A stretch of DNA of 64,000 nt from Gemmatimonadota bacterium (GTDB lineage: Bacteria; Gemmatimonadota; Gemmatimonadetes; Gemmatimonadales; GWC2-71-9). The notes under the pieces are model-generated. The model saw nothing but the letters and a program-made list of their open reading frames with translations, did not search any database and was not told where the DNA came from. The stretch lies in contig JBDHJR010000007.1 of NCBI GenBank assembly GCA_039586815.1, positions 1,844 through 65,843 on the forward strand, in the 5' to 3' direction. Of this stretch, positions 1 to 7,066 are shown piece by piece; position 1 is the stretch's first letter; every line of letters starts with the position of its first letter. Position numbers and translations under genes: made by a program.

Positions 1-259
1 GGAGCGCAACTCCAGCCGCCGCGGCAGCCTTGATCGTGCGATCGTCCACGTCGGTGAGATTCATGATCTGGAACACCTCGTATTCGAGGTACTCCAGGTA
101 GCGCCGCAGCAGGTCCCCCAACACGAAGGTGCGGAAGTTCCCGATGTGCGCGTAGCTGTATACCGTGGGCCCGCACACGTACATCGTCACGCGCGGCGGT
201 GCGAGCGGCTCGAAGGGGTCGAGCCGGCGCGTTAGCGTGTTGTAGATCCGCAGCGTCAT
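1..259 (-). CDS. cysS: Cysteinyl-tRNA synthetase, N-terminal fragment (gene runs off the left edge)
   Basis: Manual reverse translation from ATG (259-257) gives MTLRIYNTLTRRLDPFEPLAPPRVTMYVCGPTVYSYAHIGNFRTFVLGDLLRRYLEYLEYEVFQIMNLTDVDDRTIKAA. It has the class-I HIGH-type motif (HIGN) and the N-terminal block layout typical of CysS. It is absent from the ORF track because the window edge truncates it. Confidence 0.8.
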   Translation of the reverse strand, partial: MTLRIYNTLTRRLDPFEPLAPPRVTMYVCGPTVYSYAHIGNFRTFVLGDLLRRYLEYLEYEVFQIMNLTDVDDRTIKAAAAAGVAL

Positions 260-343
260 GAGGTCTCTAACTCGGGCAACCGCAAGGAGTTTGGCCGACG
301 TAAGCTAGGGGCGAGCGTCCCGGGCCGTCAACGACCCGACCGC

Positions 344-1060
344 TCAGCTCCGCCCCAGGATGGCCGGAACCACCAGCGGTCCGAGGATCCACGTCACCAC
401 CGCCCCTCCCAGCACGCAAGCGAGCGGCAGACCCACGTGCCAGCCGCACAGCCTGCGGCCCTCCAGCTCGCGCAGCCCCATGCTCCAGAGCGCCACCGTC
501 CAGAGCACGATGAGGTTGGCTCGCGGCTCCAACAGCTCGAGCCAGGCCGGCGCCCGCGAGGCTGAGCGCCACAACAATAGTGGACCCGTGCGAAACCCGT
601 GAGGCGCCAGCACGGCGTCTCCGGCAGTCAGCTGGCTGGCCAGAGGCAGGAGGTAGGTGACGGCGAGCTCGCCGGCGCGATCCACTATGAGTGGCGCAAG
701 ACCGAGCACAGCGACCTGGACGATTGCCTTGCGTCGCTCCTGGGCCAGCATCAACACGGGCTCGGCCAGCACCACCAGCAGCACTGCGGCCACGAGCAGC
801 GCCGGGGACGGTACCAGGCGGTCCGCCACGATGAGACGCAACAGGCCGGCACGCAGGAGCTCGTGGTACATGTTCTCGGCAGGATCGCCACTGGGTGCCA
901 GCACGCGGTTCAGGATCTCGACCTGCCGAGGGAGGGTGGCGAGCCCGAGAGCCAGGGCGGCGCTTCCGAGGGCGGCCGCGGTGCGCAGCGGCCGCGGGTC
1001 CAGCACGGCACGGCGCAGCGCCTCGGGGGGGTCGATCATGACGCGGAGCAGGCTCCTCAT
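344..1060 (-). CDS. Integral membrane protein, unknown family (last gene of the ABC-type operon)
   Basis: 238-aa ORF with several hydrophobic helices (LVAAVLLVVLAEPVLML, VQVAVLGLAPLIV, IVLWTVALWSMGL, LACVLGGAVVTWILGPLVVPAIL). Its start overlaps the stop of the upstream ABC ATPase gene by 4 nt (1057-1060). Confidence 0.55.
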   Translation of the reverse strand: MRSLLRVMIDPPEALRRAVLDPRPLRTAAALGSAALALGLATLPRQVEILNRVLAPSGDPAENMYHELLRAGLLRLIVADRLVPSPALLVAAVLLVVLAEPVLMLAQERRKAIVQVAVLGLAPLIVDRAGELAVTYLLPLASQLTAGDAVLAPHGFRTGPLLLWRSASRAPAWLELLEPRANLIVLWTVALWSMGLRELEGRRLCGWHVGLPLACVLGGAVVTWILGPLVVPAILGRS

Positions 1061-1983
1061 CGCCCCGCCTGCACCGCCGCAGCCCGAACCAGGATGTCCT
1101 CCAGCGCCCGGTAGCGCACTCGCGACCCCGTCACCGCAAGGCGCTCGTCGCGGGCGGACGCCAGAATCTCCTCCACAGAGATGCCGCCGAGGAGGGGGAT
1201 CGCCACCCCTTGCCCAGTCCGCACCCCCGCCGGGTAGCGTTCAAGCAGCCGCTGGGCACGGGCGAGACCAGAGCTGCCGAGCGTGAGCTCCGCCACCCGC
1301 TCCCGCATCAGCTCGGCCGTGTAGACGTCGGCGAGAACTTGCCCTTCCCACAGCACCACTACGCGCGTGGCAAGCCGCTCCAATGCGGCCAGGTCGTGCG
1401 ATGCGATCACCACGCACACGCCGCCGCGAGCGAGGCTCGCGACCTGAGCGCGCAGGTGCCGCTGTACGAGGGGATCCACACCCGCCAGGACCTCGTCGAG
1501 CACCAGGACCCCTGCCTGGAGCACGGCCGCCGCCGCCAGGGCCAGGCGCTGCACCATACCCCGCGAGTAGGTCGCGATTCGCCTTCCCACGAAGGACTGG
1601 AGCTCGCCGATCTCCACAGCCCACCCGATGCGTCGCAGCCGTTCCTGCGGGGAGCGGCTTCGCTGGCCGGCCAAATAAGTGAGCCACTCGGCGCCACTCA
1701 GCTCGGGTGGCGCCACCGGCGGGTCCGAGACAAAGCCCACCATGCGGCGGGCAGGACGTGTGCCCGCGCGGTGGGATCCCACCACCACCTCACCCGAGGT
1801 GGCGGCCAGCTCCCCCGCAATGAGACGCAGCAGGGTCGTCTTGCCCGCACCGTTTGGCCCAACGACTCCGACGATCTCACCCTGCCCCGCGTCGAAGCAG
1901 CAGCGGTCGAGCGCGATGCGCCGGCGGCGTCCGTTGCCGAAGGCTCTGGTCACCGCCCGGCAGGCGACCAGCATCACGACCAC
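1057..1983 (-). CDS. ABC transporter ATP-binding protein
   Basis: Walker A GPNGAGKTTLLRLIAG, signature-like YSRGMVQRLALA and Walker B VLVLDEVLAGVDP, followed by H-loop ASHD. Confidence 0.85.
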   Translation of the reverse strand: MVVMLVACRAVTRAFGNGRRRRIALDRCCFDAGQGEIVGVVGPNGAGKTTLLRLIAGELAATSGEVVVGSHRAGTRPARRMVGFVSDPPVAPPELSGAEWLTYLAGQRSRSPQERLRRIGWAVEIGELQSFVGRRIATYSRGMVQRLALAAAAVLQAGVLVLDEVLAGVDPLVQRHLRAQVASLARGGVCVVIASHDLAALERLATRVVVLWEGQVLADVYTAELMRERVAELTLGSSGLARAQRLLERYPAGVRTGQGVAIPLLGGISVEEILASARDERLAVTGSRVRYRALEDILVRAAAVQAGR

Positions 1984-2780
1984 CCTGCGGCTCGCGCGTC
2001 CCCACCGTCCCCCAGGGCGACGGCCCAGGCCGCGACGGCCGCCCCCACCACCACCCAGGCCCCTAGCACCACCACGTCGGGCAGCGTGGCATCACGCAGC
2101 CAACGAGCCGCGCGCCAACTCAAGGGGAGGACGTTCCAGGCCGTGACGGCCACGCGCTGCACGAAGGGCCATCCGGCAAACATCTCGAGCACCTCTGAGG
2201 GTCGCAGGGCGCCGAAGAGCGCCCCGACGAGCCCCAGCATCCCTGCCGCCGAGGCCCCGAAAGTGGGCGCCAGGGCCAGGGTGAGTGCGCCGAGTGCCGC
2301 CGCATGCAGTAGGGCGGCCAGTCCCAGCGCCGTGAACCGCGGCTCTCCCCCACCTGCCGCGCTGAGCGCCGCGGCCGCGACCACCAGGACGGGGGCGAGT
2401 AGCAGCAGCAATCCCACCAGGCGTCCGGCGGGAGCGAGCCACCAGGGTCCCGCCGCCCGTCTGGCGGAGATGAGGGCGGCGCCGGGCGCCAGAAGACGTG
2501 ACCCCGCCACCGCAGCGAGGCATCCACCCACCGCGAACAGTGTAGGGGGAGAGGCCGCACCACCCTGAGCCAGCGCCAGCACCAGGATCAGCAGCGACAG
2601 CAGCGCCGTGAGCCGCACGGCTCGGTGACGCAGCGCCAGCAGGGCACCCAGGACGGCTTCACCCTTCACGGCGAGCAACGGGAGCGGGCGGAGCGCCAGG
2701 CGGCGGGGAGCCACCGGCTCCCCGCCGGCACCCGACCGGCCTCTTGGTTGAAGTGATCCCTCGGGATCGACTATCGTCAC
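1974..2780 (-). CDS. Polytopic membrane protein (putative permease partner of the ABC ATPase)
   Basis: Hydrophobic, Ala/Leu-rich ORF whose stop overlaps the ABC ATPase start. The track ORF extends to 2918, but that overlaps the well-supported small ORF 2786-2992. An in-frame GTG at 2780 lies 5 nt downstream of that ORF's stop, so I chose it as the start. The start is uncertain. Confidence 0.5.
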   Translation of the reverse strand: MTIVDPEGSLQPRGRSGAGGEPVAPRRLALRPLPLLAVKGEAVLGALLALRHRAVRLTALLSLLILVLALAQGGAASPPTLFAVGGCLAAVAGSRLLAPGAALISARRAAGPWWLAPAGRLVGLLLLLAPVLVVAAAALSAAGGGEPRFTALGLAALLHAAALGALTLALAPTFGASAAGMLGLVGALFGALRPSEVLEMFAGWPFVQRVAVTAWNVLPLSWRAARWLRDATLPDVVVLGAWVVVGAAVAAWAVALGDGGDARAAGWS

Positions 2781-2785
2781 TGTGC

Positions 2786-2992
2786 CTAGAAGATCCGGCA
2801 GACCGCCGTACGGATCATGTAGCAGTAACCGCGCGCGGCGGCGAGATAGACGTCCCTCGTCGGGAAGTCGCGGTCGCACGACTCGAGCGAACCCAGCATG
2901 CATGCCACCGTATGCCACGCGTCGGCGGGTCTCGGATTGGGTAACATCCCCAGGGTACCTGCCAGCAGTACTGCAAAGATCAGTCGTTTCAT
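2786..2992 (-). CDS. Small secreted cysteine-containing protein (68 aa)
   Basis: MKRLIFAVLLAGTLGMLPNPRPADA... is a classic signal peptide. The mature ~43 aa carry 4 Cys. A GAGGAGG Shine-Dalgarno sequence lies ~6 nt upstream of the ATG (reverse complement of 2999-3005). It is the first gene of the 2992->344 operon. Confidence 0.5.
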   Translation of the reverse strand: MKRLIFAVLLAGTLGMLPNPRPADAWHTVACMLGSLESCDRDFPTRDVYLAAARGYCYMIRTAVCRIF

Positions 2993-3179
2993 GGCTCGTC
3001 CTCCTCGCCGATCAGGCTGTGAGGACGAGTGTGGGGCTGAGCGCGCCCCCAGGTGTGATCGTTCCGTTGCCCCGACGCGCCGATGCTTGCACGGCGGAGC
3101 TCCTCGCCGGGGTGAAGCGCAAACGGGGCGACGGATCGAATCCGTCGCCCCGCAACAGAGGACCGCGCTGCGAGAAGCG

Positions 3180-4313
3180 CTACCCTTCGGGAGCAGTATC
3201 CACGGTGATCACCTTGCGCTCACCGGTAGTCTGCACCAGCACGGCGCTGGGTGCGCGGAACACGTCCTGCTCGCCGTAGATCTCGCCGAACAGGATGTGG
3301 CGCGTCACCACCATGAGCGAGGCCAGCGTTGGAACGGCCACGATCAACCCCAGCACACCCATGAGGTAGGCCATCACCAGCACGCTGCAAATGGTGAGCA
3401 CCGGGGGAAGGCTCACCCGCTTCTCGAAGATCAGCGGTGCGACCACGTTCGCCTCCACCAGGTGCACTCCGATGCCCAGCCCCAGCACCGCAACGGCGTG
3501 CGGCCAGCTGCTGATCGTGAGGATGAGGAGCGCTGGCAGAATGGTGGAGGTGATGGTGCCGAAGAACGGCACGATGACGACTACACCGGTGAACACGCCG
3601 AACGCCAGGACGTAGGGTACCTGCAGCACCCACAGCCCGATCGCGGTGAGCACTCCGAGCACCAGCATGGCGAACAGCTGCGCCCAGATCCAGGTGCGGA
3701 TGGTCTCGCCCAGATCGGCCAGCGTCGTGCGGGCCACGTGCCGGAACTGAGGCGGCACCAGCGAGATCATGCCCTCGCGGTACTCCCCGGGGTTGCGCGC
3801 CATGTAGATGGCCATGGCCATGACGCTCACCAGCTCGACCGCGAGCTTGCCCCCCGCGGTCAGGTACGGCAACAGCGATCCGCGCACGAACGTGGTCGCG
3901 TCGTCGATCAGGGTCTGCACCGCGCCGCCGCCCTCGGCACCGAGCACGGTTCCCTCGAGGACCGGATAGCGCTCGGCCCACTGGGCCATGATGCCCTCCA
4001 GGTCCTGGGCGTAGCGCGGCAGCGCGGCCACCAGGTCCTGCACCTGCTCCACCAGCGGCGGCAGGATGAGCCAGCCGGTGCCGACGGCAGCCGCGAGCGT
4101 CAGCATGATCGCCGCCGTCAGCGCCAGGGCGCGGCGCAGGCGAAAGCGACGCACCAGGAAGTCCGTGACGGCCGAGAGGTAGACGGAGAAGATCGCCGCG
4201 ATGAACAGCAGCACGACGACCTCGGAGACGCGCCCGAGGAAGAGGAAAAGAAGCGCGGCGACGAACAGAACTACGAGCGTCGCCGCGAGACCCCGCCAAC
4301 CGTCCATGCTCAT
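3180..4313 (-). CDS. AI-2E family transporter (PerM/YhhT-like, UPF0118)
   Basis: 377 aa with ~8 TM helices. The layout and sequence blocks are typical of AI-2E/PerM permeases (…FIAAIFSVYLSAVTDFLVRRF…, …GIGVHLVEANVVAPLIFEKRVSLPPVLT…). Its start codon overlaps the pspA stop at 4313. Confidence 0.8.
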   Translation of the reverse strand: MSMDGWRGLAATLVVLFVAALLFLFLGRVSEVVVLLFIAAIFSVYLSAVTDFLVRRFRLRRALALTAAIMLTLAAAVGTGWLILPPLVEQVQDLVAALPRYAQDLEGIMAQWAERYPVLEGTVLGAEGGGAVQTLIDDATTFVRGSLLPYLTAGGKLAVELVSVMAMAIYMARNPGEYREGMISLVPPQFRHVARTTLADLGETIRTWIWAQLFAMLVLGVLTAIGLWVLQVPYVLAFGVFTGVVVIVPFFGTITSTILPALLILTISSWPHAVAVLGLGIGVHLVEANVVAPLIFEKRVSLPPVLTICSVLVMAYLMGVLGLIVAVPTLASLMVVTRHILFGEIYGEQDVFRAPSAVLVQTTGERKVITVDTAPEG

Positions 4314-5089
4314 CAGCTCCCTTTGCTCACATCGTCATCCTCGACGAGCTCGGCGTCGGAAACCTCGCTGTCCTCGCCGTCGGTGAGCTGGGGACGATCC
4401 TCCGATTCGCCCGGCCCCAGCACCCCCATCTTGCGCTTGAGCTCGAGTAGCTGGTTGTCGGCGCTGCCATGGAACTCGAGTGCCTCGAACTGCGATTGCA
4501 GCGTGTCGCCCTCCAGCTCGCCAGCCAGCTCCGTTGCCGCCACCGCCTGGCGCTCCATGTCCTCGATCTTCTCTTCCATGCGCCGGAAGCTCTCGAACGC
4601 ACTCTTGTCGGACATGGCGGACATCGTCTCCTGGATCCGGCCCTGCGCCTCGACCCGCCGCTGCCGCGCCACGAGGAGGTTCTTCTTGCGCTTGGCGTCC
4701 TCGATCTTCTCGTTCAGCTCGCGCAGCGACGCCTTGAGGCTCTCCACGTCGGCCTTGTGTTTCACCCATGTGTCGTGCATCTGCTGCGCGGATTGCAGAT
4801 GCTCGTTGTGCCGCAACAGGGCCTGCTTGGCGAGATCGTCCCGCCCCTCCTGCACCGCCAGCATCGCGCGCCGCTCCCAGTCTTCGGCCGCCTTCTTCTC
4901 CTTCTCGACCTGTGCCTGGAGTTTCTTCTCATCGGCGATTGCGGCCGCGACCTCCTGCTTCGTCTTCGCGAGCTGCCCCCGCATCTCGACGAGCAGCTGA
5001 TCCAGGACCTTCTCCGGATCCTCCGCCCGCCCGATCAGAGCGTTGATGTTGGCTTTGATGACCGTTGCCAGACGCTGGAAAATGCCCAT
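4313..5089 (-). CDS. pspA: Phage shock protein A / IM30 family
   Basis: MGIFQRLATVIKANINALIGRAEDPEKVLDQLLVEMRGQLAKTKQEVAAAIADEKKL… is the canonical PspA/IM30 N-terminus with long coiled coils. The C-terminal tail is acidic. Confidence 0.9.
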   Translation of the reverse strand: MGIFQRLATVIKANINALIGRAEDPEKVLDQLLVEMRGQLAKTKQEVAAAIADEKKLQAQVEKEKKAAEDWERRAMLAVQEGRDDLAKQALLRHNEHLQSAQQMHDTWVKHKADVESLKASLRELNEKIEDAKRKKNLLVARQRRVEAQGRIQETMSAMSDKSAFESFRRMEEKIEDMERQAVAATELAGELEGDTLQSQFEALEFHGSADNQLLELKRKMGVLGPGESEDRPQLTDGEDSEVSDAELVEDDDVSKGS

Positions 5090-5269
5090 TTCGAAATCAC
5101 CCCTCCCGATACGGCGTCTATGGGAGCCGACGCAAACCGCACGCGATCACGGCGTGAAGTAAGCTAAAGATTTACGATTCGGCGCCACCGCGCCACCAGC
5201 CCTCGATACCGGCGCGGCGTCCTGCCTGTGGTACGCCTGGCGCCAGCGGAATGTTTCATTTATGAACGC

Positions 5270-5560
5270 TCAGCCGTCCCCCTGAGGCAGGCGCGGTGCG
5301 TCGCGGCCCCTCGCCATGAGCCGCTCGGCGAAGTCGAGCCGCTCCTGCACCTCGCCGAGCTCCTGCCGCAGCGCCTCGATCTCGTCGAGCAGCGCCATCT
5401 GGGAATCCTCGATCTGGCGGGCCAGGCCATCGGGCACGTGCTTCCCGGAACCCCTGATCCTGTCTGCCACGGCCTTCCCCACGGGGGATATCGCGAGCAG
5501 GAAGAGCGAACCGCCCCCGAAGATGAACGTGACCGCCACGATGTCGAGAATGCCTTCCAT
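5270..5560 (-). CDS. PspB-like single-pass membrane mini-protein, paralog 6 of 6
   Basis: MEGILDIVAVTFIFGGGSLFLLAI… (TM helix) …EIEALRQELGEVQERLDFAERLMARGRDAPRLPQGDG. Confidence 0.7.
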   Translation of the reverse strand: MEGILDIVAVTFIFGGGSLFLLAISPVGKAVADRIRGSGKHVPDGLARQIEDSQMALLDEIEALRQELGEVQERLDFAERLMARGRDAPRLPQGDG

Positions 5561-5565
5561 CTATG

Positions 5566-5841
5566 TCAGTGCCCCTTGGGAAGCTCCTCGTGCTTCTTTT
5601 GAGTGAGCACTCGCTCAGTGAAATCTAGCCGCTCCTCGACCTCCGTCAGCCGGAGATCGACTTCGTCCATCGCATCCAACCTGGCCCTGAGCTCATCGAT
5701 CTCGCCGCGCAGCGTGTCGTCTCCTCCGCGCGGCGTTCCCGCTCCCTTGCCCTCCATCCTGCGGACCGTGGCCTTTACGATTGGCAGCCCCAGCACGCAG
5801 GCGGTGATCGTCGCAGCGATGACAACCAGGTCGTAGTCCAC
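5566..5841 (-). CDS. PspB-like single-pass membrane mini-protein, paralog 5 of 6
   Basis: MDYDLVVIAATITACVLGLPIV… …EIDELRARLDAMDEVDLRLTEVEERLDFTERVLTQKKHEELPKGH. Confidence 0.7.
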   Translation of the reverse strand: MDYDLVVIAATITACVLGLPIVKATVRRMEGKGAGTPRGGDDTLRGEIDELRARLDAMDEVDLRLTEVEERLDFTERVLTQKKHEELPKGH

Positions 5842-5842
5842 G

Positions 5843-6136
5843 TCAGGCCCCCGGCGCCAAACGGTCCCGCTCGCGCTGCTGGGTCATGACCCGCTCGGCG
5901 AAATCGACCCGTTCCTCGAGCTCCTGCACGCGGCCGGCGACGTCCTCGAGCCCCGCGACACGGTCCTCCAGACGGGCCAGGTCGGCCCGCACGTCGTCCG
6001 CATTGGGCAATCCCTTGCGGCCATAATGCACATCCACCCAGTGGCGCACCGTGCGTCCCAGGGTGACCATGACCACGACACCCGTAGCCATCCCTGCGAT
6101 CGGGATGACGATGTTGGCGACGGCCCACGGATCCAT
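5843..6136 (-). CDS. PspB-like single-pass membrane mini-protein, paralog 4 of 6
   Basis: MDPWAVANIVIPIAGMATGVVVMVTLG… …LARLEDRVAGLEDVAGRVQELEERVDFAERVMTQQRERDRLAPGA. Confidence 0.7.
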   Translation of the reverse strand: MDPWAVANIVIPIAGMATGVVVMVTLGRTVRHWVDVHYGRKGLPNADDVRADLARLEDRVAGLEDVAGRVQELEERVDFAERVMTQQRERDRLAPGA

Positions 6137-6140
6137 ACCG

Positions 6141-6434
6141 CTATGTCCCGGGCGGCAGCCCGTCCCGCTCCCGCTGTTGTGTGAGCACCCGCTCGGTAAA
6201 GTCCACCCGCTCCTCCAAGTCGTGCAGCCGGTAGCTCTGCTCCTCGAGCGCTTCCACCCGCGCCCTCAACTGCTCGACCTCGGCAGAGCCGGCACCGCCG
6301 TGCAGCGCTTCGCGCTCCTGCTTGCGGTCGATCAGGCGGTTCGCGGTGCGGTAGATGCCGTACAGGACGCCCGCTCCCATTGCCATCCCGATGAGCGGGA
6401 AGACAACCTCCTGAATCCACAGCCAATCGGGCAT
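6141..6434 (-). CDS. PspB-like single-pass membrane mini-protein, paralog 3 of 6
   Basis: MPDWLWIQEVVFPLIGMAMGAGVLYGIY… …VEQLRARVEALEEQSYRLHDLEERVDFTERVLTQQRERDGLPPGT. Confidence 0.7.
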   Translation of the reverse strand: MPDWLWIQEVVFPLIGMAMGAGVLYGIYRTANRLIDRKQEREALHGGAGSAEVEQLRARVEALEEQSYRLHDLEERVDFTERVLTQQRERDGLPPGT

Positions 6435-6437
6435 ACG

Positions 6438-6707
6438 CTACTCCCCCGGGGGGAGCTGGCCTGTCTGATTGTGCCGCGCCAGCACCCGCTCGGTGAAGTC
6501 CTGCCGCTCCTCCAGCTCGGTCAGACGCCAGCGCAGATCCTCGACCTCACCCCGCAGCGCCTCCGCATCGGCGGAGTGCTCCAGCTCGCCATGCCGTCCG
6601 GCGATCCGCTCGCCGATCGCCTTGCCCAGCGGGCCACGGAAGATCAGGACGGCTCCGACGGTGAGAAACAGAGAGATGGGCACCAGGAATGGCGCGATCT
6701 CGTGCAT
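6438..6707 (-). CDS. PspB-like single-pass membrane mini-protein, paralog 2 of 6
   Basis: MHEIAPFLVPISLFLTVGAVLIF… …ALRGEVEDLRWRLTELEERQDFTERVLARHNQTGQLPPGE. Confidence 0.7.
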   Translation of the reverse strand: MHEIAPFLVPISLFLTVGAVLIFRGPLGKAIGERIAGRHGELEHSADAEALRGEVEDLRWRLTELEERQDFTERVLARHNQTGQLPPGE

Positions 6708-6710
6708 GGG

Positions 6711-6974
6711 CTACTCCCCCTCTCCCAGGCGCTGCGGGTCGCGCTGGCTGGTCAGCATGCGCTCGGTGAAGTCCACGCGCTCGTGCAGCTCCGACACCTC
6801 TGACGCGAGCTGCGTGATGGCATTCCGCAGCTCGTGTGCCTCAGCGGGCCCGAGGCTCGGCTTGGGTCTGCTCCACCGCTTGAGCAACGCGGCAGCCGTG
6901 ACACCCACTATCGTGAAGGCACCGAACGCGCCGATGACGATCGAAACGCCTATGCCTATCTCGATGGGATCCAC
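6711..6974 (-). CDS. PspB-like single-pass membrane mini-protein, paralog 1 of 6
   Basis: MDPIEIGIGVSIVIGAFGAFTIVGVTAAALL… …ELRNAITQLASEVSELHERVDFTERMLTSQRDPQRLGEGE. Confidence 0.7.
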   Translation of the reverse strand: MDPIEIGIGVSIVIGAFGAFTIVGVTAAALLKRWSRPKPSLGPAEAHELRNAITQLASEVSELHERVDFTERMLTSQRDPQRLGEGE

Positions 6975-7066
6975 GCCACCCCCGTTCGATTCCGACCCAC
7001 CGTACGGGCCGCTGTTTCAAAAAGTGTCACCTGTTCCGCAGAATTAATAGCCCTCGGCCAGGGAAG

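Larger units (their letters stand above)
5270..6974 (-). repeat. Tandem array of six paralogous mini-genes (87-97 aa each) separated by only 1-5 nt
   Basis: All six products share an N-terminal TM helix, a short coiled coil and a conserved C-terminal block [EH]ER[VLQ]DF[TA]ER[VLM][LM]…(L)P.G. See the individual CDS entries. Confidence 0.85.

Noticed and set aside
1210-2568. 452-aa + strand ORF
   Set aside because: It is antisense to the ABC ATPase (Walker motifs present on the minus strand) and the membrane protein. It is a Pro/Ala/Arg-rich shadow frame.
2898-5000. 700-aa ORF on the + strand
   Set aside because: It is antisense to the well-supported AI-2E transporter and pspA genes. The translation is low-complexity (His/Arg/Asp/Gln and Ser runs) with no recognisable domain. 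This is a typical high-GC shadow ORF.
5090-5269. 180-nt gap between the PspB-like array and pspA, examined for an RNA gene, a tRNA or a sigma-54 promoter (…CTGGCGCCAGGCGTACC… on the minus strand)
   Set aside because: No cloverleaf-compatible sequence is present. The GG/GC spacing does not fit the -24/-12 consensus. It contains only short GGCGCC palindromes, which are common in GC-rich DNA.
7011-7040. Possible sigma-54 (-24/-12) promoter upstream of the PspB-like array (minus strand …GGTGACACTTTTTGAAAC…), by analogy with the sigma-54-dependent E. coli psp operon
   Set aside because: The match to TGGCAC-N5-TTGC is poor: GGTGAC instead of GGCAC, TTGA instead of TTGC, and spacing off by about one nt. 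No PspF-like activator gene is in the window. It is not supportable without a scan or experimental transcription start site.
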